In this document: positions 1 to 8,390 of the stretch, piece by piece
Numbering within the stretch: position 1 is the stretch's first letter
How the letters are laid out: each line of letters starts with the position of its first letter
NCBI GenBank assembly: GCA_965227775.1
Contig: OZ245777.1
Span: forward strand, 2,496,001-2,560,000
From: Phycisphaerales bacterium
GTDB taxonomy: Bacteria; Planctomycetota; Phycisphaerae; Phycisphaerales; UBA1924
Reading direction: 5' to 3'
Length of the DNA: 64,000 bases
Position numbers and translations under genes: made by a program
The notes under the pieces: model-generated
What the model was told of the DNA's origin: nothing
What the model saw: only the letters and a program-made list of their open reading frames with translations
Databases searched by the model: none

Positions 1-32
1 GATGCCTCCTGGGCGACAATCAGGCAACTGTC

Positions 33-107
33 GGGGGCGTAGCTCAGCTTTGGTAGAGCGCTTCCATGGCATGGAAGAGGTCGTCGGTTCGAGTCCGGTC
101 GCCTCCA
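33..107 (+). tRNA. tRNA-Ala (GGC)
   Basis: Cloverleaf with acceptor GGGGGCG/CGCCTCC containing the G3:U70 Ala determinant, anticodon arm CTTCC-ATGGCAT-GGAAG, T-loop GTTCGAG; CCA not encoded. Confidence 0.96.
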
Positions 108-113
108 CTCGAC

Positions 114-140
114 AGCCGGGTCCCATCGGGCCCGGTTTTT
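114..140 (+). terminator. Intrinsic terminator after tRNA-Ala
   Basis: GC hairpin AGCCGGGTCCC-ATC-GGGCCCGGTT followed by a T run. Confidence 0.7.
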
Positions 141-256
141 CTCTGCGCGGGCGTAGCGAGACAATCGGCAGCGTTTTCTGGTGCCAGTTGTCTCGAGGTT
201 GGCAATGAGGACTGGGGGCAAGACGCCGCTACACCTCACATTCAGCACAACCTGCT

Positions 257-1495
257 CTACTCGCTCCAGTCGATGTCTGCCAGGCGATCGAACGCCTCGG
301 TGATCTGATCGGCTTCGACAGTCATCGCGATACGGAACCAGAGCTTGCCGTCGTCTCCAAAGCCTGCGCCGGGGACGAGGCTGACGCCAGCTTGGTCGAT
401 GCAGCGCAACGCGAACTCCCAGCTCTCCATCGACCGGCCATCGGGACCCGCAGGGCATTGCGCCCATACGAACAGGCCCGCCTTGGGCCGCTCGGCCTTG
501 GCACCGATCTTCTTGACGCCCTCCATGGTCGCGTCGAGCCGTTGCGTGTACATGGCACGAAGGGCATCCATGTCGTCGTGGTCGAAATTCTCCAACGCAA
601 CGATGCCCGCCTCCTGCACGGCCGTGAACGCGCCACTGTCGATGGGGCCCTTGGCCTTGGCCAGGGCATCGATGACGGCCTGGTTCCCGACGGCGAAGCC
701 GATGCGCCAGCCGGTCATGTTGAATCCCTTGCTCAGACTGTGGAACTCGATGAAGGGGTCCCGTTCGATGTCAACGCCATTGGCCTTCCAGAGGCTGTCG
801 GGCTTGTCTTTCGCGTAGTAGAGCTCGCTGTACGCCTGGTCGCTCGCGAGAATGATGCCGTGACTGCGCGCGAAATTCGCAGCCTGCGAATAGAAGTCCA
901 ACGGGACCGACGCACCCGTCGGGTTGTTTGGATAGTTCACCCACATGAGCGCCGCGTCGTCTACGTCGGCGGGTGCGACCTCTTCCCACAGGGGTGTCCA
1001 GCCACTGGCAGCCCGCATGGGCATGCTGACCGGCCGGGCGTCGGCCAAGATCGCGCCCGCGTGGTACACCGGGTAGCCCAAGCTCGGGCACAGGATCGAG
1101 CGCCCGGGGTTCACGACTGCCAGCGGTAGGTGGGCGATGCCCTCCTTGCTGCCGATGCACGCCAGCACGTGCCGATCGGCGTCGATCTCCACGCCGAAGC
1201 GTCGCTGCATGAAGCGGGCCGCGCCCTGGCGGAACTTCTTGGAGCCCTTGCTCGCGGGGTAGCGATGGGTGCTGGGATCCTTCACGGCCTGCCGTAGTGC
1301 GCTGACGATGAAGTCGGGCGTCGGCCGGTCGGGGTCGCCCACGCCCAGATCGATCAGCGGGGCCCCGGGCCCGCGGGCGCGGTACTCGGCTTTGGCCGCG
1401 TCGAGCCGGTGGAAGAGGTACATTGGCAGCGCGGCGAGGCGCTTCGACTGGATCAACTGGAGGGTGGGGGAGGCGGCAGGGTCGGTGGCTGTCAT
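257..1495 (-). CDS. dapL: Class I/II PLP-dependent aminotransferase, LL-diaminopimelate aminotransferase-like
   Basis: IDLGVGDPD, GSKEGIAH, NYPNNPTG, DQAYSE and SLSKGFNMTGWRIG (PLP lysine) motifs; the specific substrate is inferred. Confidence 0.75.
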   Translation of the reverse strand: MTATDPAASPTLQLIQSKRLAALPMYLFHRLDAAKAEYRARGPGAPLIDLGVGDPDRPTPDFIVSALRQAVKDPSTHRYPASKGSKKFRQGAARFMQRRFGVEIDADRHVLACIGSKEGIAHLPLAVVNPGRSILCPSLGYPVYHAGAILADARPVSMPMRAASGWTPLWEEVAPADVDDAALMWVNYPNNPTGASVPLDFYSQAANFARSHGIILASDQAYSELYYAKDKPDSLWKANGVDIERDPFIEFHSLSKGFNMTGWRIGFAVGNQAVIDALAKAKGPIDSGAFTAVQEAGIVALENFDHDDMDALRAMYTQRLDATMEGVKKIGAKAERPKAGLFVWAQCPAGPDGRSMESWEFALRCIDQAGVSLVPGAGFGDDGKLWFRIAMTVEADQITEAFDRLADIDWSE

Positions 1496-1554
1496 GGCAC
1501 CATCATCGTAGCGTTGGGACTAATCCGTCCACACCTCGAGAGGAGCGCCATTCC

Positions 1555-1749
1555 ATGCCCGACACCATCCGCGCCGAGAAGCTGCTGGCCGAGCTCAACC
1601 GCTTGCGCCAAGACCTCGACAAGGACCCCAGCGACCTCGAATGGGTCACGCTTCACCACGTCTTCTGCTTCGTCAGTTACAAGACCGGCGACTTCCAGAG
1701 TTACCTGGATGAGGAGGCGAAGAAGGGGGCGTTCGAAGAGTTGGAGTGA
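1555..1749 (+). CDS. Small acidic hypothetical protein (64 aa)
   Basis: GAGAGGAG ribosome-binding site before ATG 1555; G/C-ending codon usage like neighbouring genes. Confidence 0.8.
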   Translation: MPDTIRAEKLLAELNRLRQDLDKDPSDLEWVTLHHVFCFVSYKTGDFQSYLDEEAKKGAFEELE

Positions 1750-2085
1750 CTTGGGCGTTCAGTTTTGGGCCGGAGTGCAACGGTTCGCTTGCGCTCGCGG
1801 GCCGCGATCCCTCACTCTCATCATGCGACTCTCCCGCGGAACCCACGCTCGCTGACCAACGTACAATCCCATGCCTCCGCGAAGCGCACGCCGCGGGGCA
1901 TGGGACCAAGGCCCGTGCACCCCAGGCGAGAGCGGCCGCGGCGACTGGATTGCGATTGCGATCTAGGTGATGTGCCCGGAGTGCCGACTCCGGGGAAAGA
2001 GTCCGGCGGTGGCCCTGCTTCGAACGGGGTCGCGGCGGTCGGGCGGGTTGGCCCGAAGGGGCCCGTGCATAAAGGAGGTGATCCA

Positions 2086-2142
2086 GTGTCGTACTTCAGT
2101 CAGGATCTCGAGCAGAGGTCTAACGACGGGTCACTGCGCTGA
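2086..2142 (+). CDS. Possible 18-aa peptide MSYFSQDLEQRSNDGSLR
   Basis: GTG 7 nt after the GGAGG core of a perfect extended SD; TGA at 2140-2142; translation is unproven. Confidence 0.3.
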   Translation: MSYFSQDLEQRSNDGSLR

Positions 2143-2220
2143 CCAACGGACCCGACGGGGTCCGTGCCGCGCGGTGATCGCGCGGGAACGGCTCCTGCGG
2201 AAGCACAGGACGCGTATCCC

Positions 2221-2254
2221 AACGGCCGGCGCTCTTCGGAGCGCCGGCCGTTTT
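2221..2254 (+). terminator. Intrinsic terminator
   Basis: Perfect 14-bp stem AACGGCCGGCGCTC-TTCG-GAGCGCCGGCCGTT with a cUUCGg tetraloop, ending in TTTT. Confidence 0.8.
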
Positions 2255-2290
2255 CCTTGGCAGCAAAGCACGACGGGCATATTCTTCGGG

Positions 2291-3349
2291 ATGCCCAGTG
2301 TCTCGCAAGGGCCATCCCTAGGCTCGCCGCCGGACTCCGCCCTTGCCGGCGCGGTCGCGATCGAAGACGTGCACGCGGCGGCTAACCGTATCGCCGGACG
2401 CGTGCGACGCACGCCGATACTTGATCGCACGCCGTTGGATGACATCCTTGCCCGGCAGCTTGCTGGTTCCCGGGCTGAGGTCTTCCTCAAGTGCGAAAGT
2501 CTGCAGCAGACCGGGGCGTTTAAGCTCCGCGGTGCGACCAACGCTTTGCTGCAACTCGGTGACGGCGTAAAGGGCGTCTTGACATACAGCAGCGGGAATC
2601 ACGCCCAGGCTGTCGCGCGGGCGGGTGCCGACCTGGGCATGCCGACAGTGATCGTTATGCCAACTAATGCGCCGCGCGTGAAGCTCGAGGCGACCAAGCG
2701 GGAAATCCGGCGCGGGCATGAGAACTCGCGGATCGTCGAGTACGACGCGGCGACGCAGGTGCGCGAAGAGGTTGGTGGCGCTATTGCCGAAGCCGAGAGG
2801 CTGACGATCGTCCCTCCCTACGACCATCCGCACGTCATTGCGGGCCAGGGGACGGCGGCGCTCGAGCTATTCGAGGAGGTTGGTGCGCTCGACCTGCTAC
2901 TAACGCCCTGCGGAGGCGGGGGTTTGCTCAGCGGCTCGGCCATCGTCGCTGGAAGCATGAGCGCGGGGTGCCAGGTCGTCGGCGTCGAGCCGGCCAACGC
3001 CGATGACGCGGCGCGGAGCTTCCGCAGCGGCGTGCTGCACTCGGTTCGCAACCCCGACACAATCGCCGACGGCACGCGGACGCCCAGCCTCGGGCGGTAC
3101 ACGTTTCCGTTGGTGCTGCGGCACGTCGACCGATTCGTGACCGTCGACGAGTACGAGATCCTCGCGGCGATGAGGCTGTGCCTCGAACGCTTCAAGCTGG
3201 TCGTCGAGCCGTCGGGGGCGCTTGGTGTCGCCGGCCTGCTCCGGCTGGCCCATGACGAGCCCGGCGCGGTCGCGGGCCGACGCATCGGTATCGTGCTGAG
3301 CGGGGGCAACGTCGACCTGGCGGCGATCGACGGCGTGGGCGAAGACTAG
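2291..3349 (+). CDS. PLP-dependent serine/threonine dehydratase family (serine racemase / hydroxyaspartate ammonia-lyase-like), no ACT domain
   Basis: FLKCESLQQTGAFKLRGA, SSGNHAQA, GQGT, GGGGL, LSGGNVD motifs; start placed at ATG 2291 after the terminator. Confidence 0.88.
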   Translation: MPSVSQGPSLGSPPDSALAGAVAIEDVHAAANRIAGRVRRTPILDRTPLDDILARQLAGSRAEVFLKCESLQQTGAFKLRGATNALLQLGDGVKGVLTYSSGNHAQAVARAGADLGMPTVIVMPTNAPRVKLEATKREIRRGHENSRIVEYDAATQVREEVGGAIAEAERLTIVPPYDHPHVIAGQGTAALELFEEVGALDLLLTPCGGGGLLSGSAIVAGSMSAGCQVVGVEPANADDAARSFRSGVLHSVRNPDTIADGTRTPSLGRYTFPLVLRHVDRFVTVDEYEILAAMRLCLERFKLVVEPSGALGVAGLLRLAHDEPGAVAGRRIGIVLSGGNVDLAAIDGVGED

Positions 3350-3355
3350 TCGACG

Positions 3356-3937
3356 CTACTTCTTACGCGAAGCGGCCTTCTTGGCTGTCTTCTTCGTTGG
3401 CTTCTTCGCGACCTTCTTTGAGGTGGTCTTTTTGCTTGCTTTCCTTGCAGTCTTCTTGGCAGGCGTGCTACCCGCCTTCGGGCCGTCGGGCCGCACGGCG
3501 TCGTAGCTGGCGATGAACTCTTTGGCTTTCATCTTCTTGATCGCCTTGCCTAGGACGTCGAGCGGCACGTTCTCGAGCTTCTTGACGCGGATGCAACTCT
3601 TACCCATGTCGAGCTTGTTGCCGGTTGCCGTCCATGCCTTCACAAAGTCCGCGTGGGCGGTCTCATCCTGATAAAGGCAGAATAGATAAATGCCCACATG
3701 GCTCTTCTGACTGGCGACGCTGGCAAAGGGCAGGGGCTGCTTGGCGTCGCAGTGATAACCCGCGGGATACGCCGAGTGCGGCACGAACCACGCGGGCATG
3801 TTGTACTGCATTCCCTCCTCGAACACCGAGTCGATGTTGGCGTTGATCGTGTCGCGGATGGCCTGGACCAACTCGCGGCGGTCGGCCGGTAGCGACTTCA
3901 TGTACGCCGCGATAGTGGTTGGCTTGGCGGTCGGCAT
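3356..3937 (-). CDS. DUF1801/YdhG-like domain protein with Lys/Ala-rich C-terminal tail
   Basis: FEEGMQYNMP...YPAGYHC...LPFASVASQKSH...LDMGKSCIR pattern. Confidence 0.8.
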   Translation of the reverse strand: MPTAKPTTIAAYMKSLPADRRELVQAIRDTINANIDSVFEEGMQYNMPAWFVPHSAYPAGYHCDAKQPLPFASVASQKSHVGIYLFCLYQDETAHADFVKAWTATGNKLDMGKSCIRVKKLENVPLDVLGKAIKKMKAKEFIASYDAVRPDGPKAGSTPAKKTARKASKKTTSKKVAKKPTKKTAKKAASRKK

Positions 3938-3947
3938 CGAACTCCCC

Positions 3948-5633
3948 CTACGCCAGGACGCGTTTGATCTCGGCCTCGTCGGTCATGCCCTTGGCCGCCT
4001 TCATCTTGGCGTCCTCGATCATCGGCTTGAAGCCCGCCCGCTTGGCGGCCTCCATGAGCAGCACACCGTCGGCGCGCTGGGCGGTCAGCGTGCGTAGCTC
4101 GTCATTCATTCGCATGAGCTCGTAGACACCCATGCGGCCCTTGTATTGCTGGCCGGTCTCAGCCTGCTCTTCCTTGGTCGCCAGGCGGCGGACGAGCCGC
4201 TGGGCCATGACGCCGAGGAGCGAACTGGTGACGAGGAACGGTTCGATGCCGATGTCCAGCAAACGCGGGATAGCGCTCGGAGCGTCGTTGGTGTGGAGCG
4301 TCGCGAGCACCAAGTGGCCCGTGAGCGATGCCTGGACGGCGAGCTGAGCGGTTTCGTGGTCGCGGACCTCGCCGACGAGGATCACGTCGGGGTCCTGACG
4401 AAGCAAGCTGCGCAGGCCGGCGGCAAACGTCACGCCGCGCTTGACGTTTACCTGCATCTGGCTGATGCCCTCGAGGCGGTACTCGACCGGGTCCTCGATG
4501 GTCATCACGTTGCGCGACGCCCGATCGACCATGCCGAGTGCCGAATACAGGGTGGTGGTCTTGCCCGAGCCAGTGGGGCCGGTGACCAGCAGCATGCCGT
4601 TCGGGCGATCGACGGTGTCCTTGAGCTCCTGCTGCATCTCCTGGGTCATGCCCAGGGTGTCGAGGCTCAGCTTGTTCTGGCCTTGGTCGAGCAGACGCAT
4701 GACGAGGCGCTCGCCGTGCACGGTTGGGATGACCGAGAGCCGGATGTCGACCTTGTGGCTGCCGACGCGGACGGTTGTCTGGCCGTCCTGCGGGCTGTGC
4801 CTGTTGGCGATGTCCAGTTCGGTCATGACCTTCAGGCGGCTGCTGATGGCCGGCGCCAGCGACAGCGGGGGGCTGAAGGCGTCGACAAGCATGCCATCGA
4901 CGCGTAGGCGGATGTTGAGTCGCGTCTCTTCGGGGTGGACGTGCACGTCGCTCGCTCGGCGGCGGAGCGCTTCGAAGAGGATCATGTTGACGAGCCGGAT
5001 GACCGGCCCCTGGCGCGCCAGGGCGAGCAGATCGTTACCGCTGCCGATGGAGCCCGCCGCGCTGGCGATAGCGCCCTCGTCGAGGGGCATCTCCTCGATG
5101 ATCTCGGTGACGAGGTCCTGGCGCTTCTCGTAGCCGCGGTTGACCAGGCTCTGCACGACCGCCCGGGGCGTGAGCACGAGCCGAAGGGGCATTCCCAGGT
5201 GCTCTTCGAGCTGGGCAAAGAACGCCGGCTGCATGGGCTGCGCGGTGGCGATGGTCATGGTGCGTCCATCGCTCTCGAACGCTCCGACGTGTCGCTCGCG
5301 TGCAACGTTCGGCGGTACGAGCTCGTAGAAGCGAAGTGCGCTGTCGTTGAGCCTGGGCTCGGCGACGAATGGCAACCCCGTTCGCTCGGCCAGGAGCTTC
5401 AACGAACTCTGCTCGTCGGTCGCCATCGCGCTGATGAGCATGTCCCAGGGCTCTGTGTCCGAGCCGGGCATATCGCGGAAGGCGCGCAGGGCGTCGGCGG
5501 TCAGTCGGGGAACTCGGAGGGCGCGTGCTACGCCGGGGAGCGCGTCGCCCGACGCCCGCGTGTCGATGGCATTGGCGCCATCGTTTGCCTTCTTCGAGCC
5601 GTTCTTGTTGCCTCGCAGGCTCAGTTTGCTCAT
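3948..5633 (-). CDS. gspE: GspE/PulE family secretion ATPase
   Basis: ASDVHVHP, Walker A GPTGSGKTTT, TIEDPVEY, LRQDPDVILVGEVRD and TGHLVLATLH motifs. Confidence 0.93.
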   Translation of the reverse strand: MSKLSLRGNKNGSKKANDGANAIDTRASGDALPGVARALRVPRLTADALRAFRDMPGSDTEPWDMLISAMATDEQSSLKLLAERTGLPFVAEPRLNDSALRFYELVPPNVARERHVGAFESDGRTMTIATAQPMQPAFFAQLEEHLGMPLRLVLTPRAVVQSLVNRGYEKRQDLVTEIIEEMPLDEGAIASAAGSIGSGNDLLALARQGPVIRLVNMILFEALRRRASDVHVHPEETRLNIRLRVDGMLVDAFSPPLSLAPAISSRLKVMTELDIANRHSPQDGQTTVRVGSHKVDIRLSVIPTVHGERLVMRLLDQGQNKLSLDTLGMTQEMQQELKDTVDRPNGMLLVTGPTGSGKTTTLYSALGMVDRASRNVMTIEDPVEYRLEGISQMQVNVKRGVTFAAGLRSLLRQDPDVILVGEVRDHETAQLAVQASLTGHLVLATLHTNDAPSAIPRLLDIGIEPFLVTSSLLGVMAQRLVRRLATKEEQAETGQQYKGRMGVYELMRMNDELRTLTAQRADGVLLMEAAKRAGFKPMIEDAKMKAAKGMTDEAEIKRVLA

Positions 5634-5652
5634 GGTCGCGCGCCCTAGGGGC

Positions 5653-8136
5653 TCAGGAACCCTGGCTCTCGGGCTCGATGATCTCGATGCCGTAATCGTC
5701 GACGGGCATGGACTCCCCGGTTGATTCGCCCGAGGCGAAATCCGCCGGCACCATGACGCGGAGCATGAATGTCTCGAGCTCTGGCACGTCGGCGTCGAGT
5801 TCGGCGACCTGTCGCGGGCCCTCGGTCAAGAGCTCGTAATCGCTGATGGTGGGCTCGTAGAGCACTTTGGGGGTGATGAACACGTACAGCGTGGTCTTCG
5901 AGTCATTCCAGTTTGTGTCCGCGAATAGGTAGCCCAGGATCGGGATGCTGCCCAGGAGCGGCACGCGGACCTGTGTCTTGCCGTCGTTCTCAATGGTGAT
6001 GCCGCCGACGATGATGGTTGAGTCGCTGGGGATTGTCACCGACTCGCTCGTCACCGTCCGCTCCTGGCGGGGTGGCGGGATGCCATCGCTACCCGAACCC
6101 ACAAAGTTTGACAGCGTCAGATCGTACTCGAGCGTCACGAAGCCGCCGGGATTAATGCGGGGTTTGACCGTGAGCTGCGGACCGGCGTCTTCGAAGCCGC
6201 CGAAGCCCGTCTGGGTGCTTGTGCCATCCTGGCTGGTCGTCTGGAAGGGCTGGCTCTCAACACTGGCGATCGTCGACTCGGTGTTGTTGTCGACCAGCAG
6301 CTGCGGGCTGGCCAGGATGCGGCCATTGACGTTGCGCTGGAAGGCGTTGATGACGATGGGGACGTAGTTGCTGCGGATAACAGCCGACGTGAAACCGAGC
6401 AAGCTGTCGTCGACGATATTGGGAACGGTCGCGTCGCCGCTCGATTCGGTCAACCCAAAGTTCGTCTGGAAGAGGCCCTCGCTCCCACCGGAGTTGATGA
6501 TCTGGCTCTCAAATGCCAGACGCATGTCGTCGGTCCAGGTGACGGCGAGGATCTTGGCCTCGATGAACACCTGCGGGCGCCGCTTGTCGATGGTGTCGAT
6601 GATGCGGCGGAACTCGGCCTGCATGTTCAGCGGCGCCCGAACCATGACCTGGTTGGTCGATTCATCGAAGGTTACGAACGCGTCCGGGCTCTGAATGTCC
6701 CCGAAAGCACCCTCCGGCGTCGATTGCTGGTCGGGCAGTCGTGGCTGGCGAGCCGTGGCCTGACGCCCGGTCTGCCCCGAGCCCGGAAGCAGGTCTCCCG
6801 AGGCGGCTGCGGAGGCACCCTCGATAAGTTCATTGAGCAGCGTGGCGACGGCCTCTGCCTCGGCCCAATCGAGCTCGTAGTTGCGGATGACCACCTGCTC
6901 GTCGCCCGGGTCATACTCATTCACAAGGGCGGCGAATTGCTCGTGCTGCTCGGGGGTGCCGTAGAACACGATGCTCTGGCCGACCTCGTCAACGACGATG
7001 GCGGACCCGCCCTGCACGGGCGCTTGCTGGCTGAACGGATCTCCACCCTGCAAACCACGCACGCCCTGACCGAAGCCCCCGAGCCCACCCTGGTCAGTCA
7101 TGCTCGAAAACTGGATCACGCTGCCTAGTCCGCGCTGTTCCGCCAGCGCCGCGACGTTTGCGGTCGCCGAGCCCGTGCGATAGCGCGTCGGCTGGAGGTC
7201 GTCCTTGACGTCGACGATGCTGATGAGCTCGGCAACGCGGTCTGCTTCGTCCTCGGTCCCGCGGAACAAGAGCCGATTGCCCGAGGGCGCGACGATGAGA
7301 CGCTGGCCCAGATTGCTGAGCGCTGAAGCCACGAACGTGCTTCCGCCTTCTTGCTGGCCGCCACGAGCGCGAGGATCGGGGATGCCGGGCGTTGCGCCCG
7401 ACTCTTCAAGAACGCCGGCGAGGCGGAGCACCTGATCTCGGCCCGCACCTGCGGCGATGTGTGTCAGCTCGAACGGGATCAACCGCTGCTGGTCACGTTC
7501 GGCCAGGATGCGTTCGACGAGCTCCTCGATCTCCATCGCGTTGCCGGGCGATGCGGTCACGATGAGTACGCCGAGCTCGTCGAGCGCGGCGATGCGCCCG
7601 CCCGCGGCCGAGGCCTGGCTCACGATGGCCTGCTGGAGCACGCTCGGCTTGGTGTTTGGTGTGCGGATGACCAGCGTGGTCGCCAGGTCGCCGCCCGGCT
7701 TGGAGGGAACGCTTCCCTTGGGCATGACCTGGAAGAAGCCGTCGATGGCGCCGGGCACCATCGCGAAACCATTCTGCTCGAGGAAAGAGTTGAGCAGCAG
7801 CAGGTACTGTTCCGGTGGGATGCGCAGCTCCTGGGTGATCATGACGCTGCCGCTCAAGCTGGTATCTACAGCAAGCTGCACCCCGAGGCGAGCGACGGCG
7901 ATGTCAAGGAGCGTGCGGAGCTGCACGGGTTCGGCGAATGGGCCGATGATGATCGGTTCGTCCGACTGGCCGGCGGGCTCAGGCACCAGCGCTGGCGAGC
8001 GTTCACCAGCCGGGTTTCCCTGGGGCTGGTTCTGGGCCTTGCTGGTCGTTGGAGCCAGCGAGATCGCGAGCCCAGCGGCAACTGCGAGGGCCAGGCCCCG
8101 ACCGGTGGTGTTCGCTCGTTCGGTGCTCTTCGGCAT
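5653..8136 (-). CDS. gspD: Type II secretion system secretin (GspD-like)
   Basis: Signal peptide, repeated N domains, RPQVFIEAKI, ILASPQLLV and VPLLGSIPILGYLF secretin motifs; AGGAG before ATG 8136 (alternative start 8172). Confidence 0.9.
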   Translation of the reverse strand: MPKSTERANTTGRGLALAVAAGLAISLAPTTSKAQNQPQGNPAGERSPALVPEPAGQSDEPIIIGPFAEPVQLRTLLDIAVARLGVQLAVDTSLSGSVMITQELRIPPEQYLLLLNSFLEQNGFAMVPGAIDGFFQVMPKGSVPSKPGGDLATTLVIRTPNTKPSVLQQAIVSQASAAGGRIAALDELGVLIVTASPGNAMEIEELVERILAERDQQRLIPFELTHIAAGAGRDQVLRLAGVLEESGATPGIPDPRARGGQQEGGSTFVASALSNLGQRLIVAPSGNRLLFRGTEDEADRVAELISIVDVKDDLQPTRYRTGSATANVAALAEQRGLGSVIQFSSMTDQGGLGGFGQGVRGLQGGDPFSQQAPVQGGSAIVVDEVGQSIVFYGTPEQHEQFAALVNEYDPGDEQVVIRNYELDWAEAEAVATLLNELIEGASAAASGDLLPGSGQTGRQATARQPRLPDQQSTPEGAFGDIQSPDAFVTFDESTNQVMVRAPLNMQAEFRRIIDTIDKRRPQVFIEAKILAVTWTDDMRLAFESQIINSGGSEGLFQTNFGLTESSGDATVPNIVDDSLLGFTSAVIRSNYVPIVINAFQRNVNGRILASPQLLVDNNTESTIASVESQPFQTTSQDGTSTQTGFGGFEDAGPQLTVKPRINPGGFVTLEYDLTLSNFVGSGSDGIPPPRQERTVTSESVTIPSDSTIIVGGITIENDGKTQVRVPLLGSIPILGYLFADTNWNDSKTTLYVFITPKVLYEPTISDYELLTEGPRQVAELDADVPELETFMLRVMVPADFASGESTGESMPVDDYGIEIIEPESQGS

Positions 8137-8390
8137 CGTCCATCTCCTGCCGGTCGCGTTTCCCGCGGTCATGACCCCATAAAGCGTTGGGGCGCGGGGG
8201 CTAGGGTTCTATGTTCTTCGAGCCCGGGAAGCTACTTCTCCGCGGTGGTCGGGAGCGTTGCATTGGCGCCGACCCGCCCCTTCCAGCCGCCGACCGGAGT
8301 GGCCTTGCTGGGGCTCATCGGCCCGATCGGGCCCGTGTGTTCAGAGAGCGGGCTCCATGCTGGCCCGCCACGATGGGAGGGCCAGCCCGA

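Larger units (their letters stand above)
1868..2254 (+). ncRNA. Putative structured RNA carrying an extended anti-16S (Shine-Dalgarno) element; family unassigned
   Basis: TACAAT at 1862-1867, a series of hairpins, AAAGGAGGTGATCCAG at 2071-2086 and a terminator at 2221-2254; boundaries are approximate. Confidence 0.55.

Noticed and set aside
2071..2110. 16S rRNA gene remnant on the minus strand
   Set aside because: The match stops after 16 nt. A true 16S 3' end would continue into the helix-45 complement (CCGCA..TTC.CCTAC), but here it continues TGTCGTAC.
1966..2254. RNase P RNA, tmRNA, SRP RNA or 6S RNA
   Set aside because: No GAGGAAAGTCC / ACAGAA..CGGCTTA pair, no tRNA-like ends or ANDE-type tag, no complete SRP helix-8 motif, and not one long rod. 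A covariance search is still needed to exclude them formally.
1967..2290. 108-aa N-terminal extension of the dehydratase in the ORF track
   Set aside because: Arg-rich, non-protein-like sequence that runs through a strong terminator; family similarity starts only after ATG 2291.
8173..8390. Cobalamin riboswitch upstream of the BtuF-like gene
   Set aside because: The conserved GGGAA..GGTG, GCCCCCGC.ACTGT and B12-box segments are not present in order.
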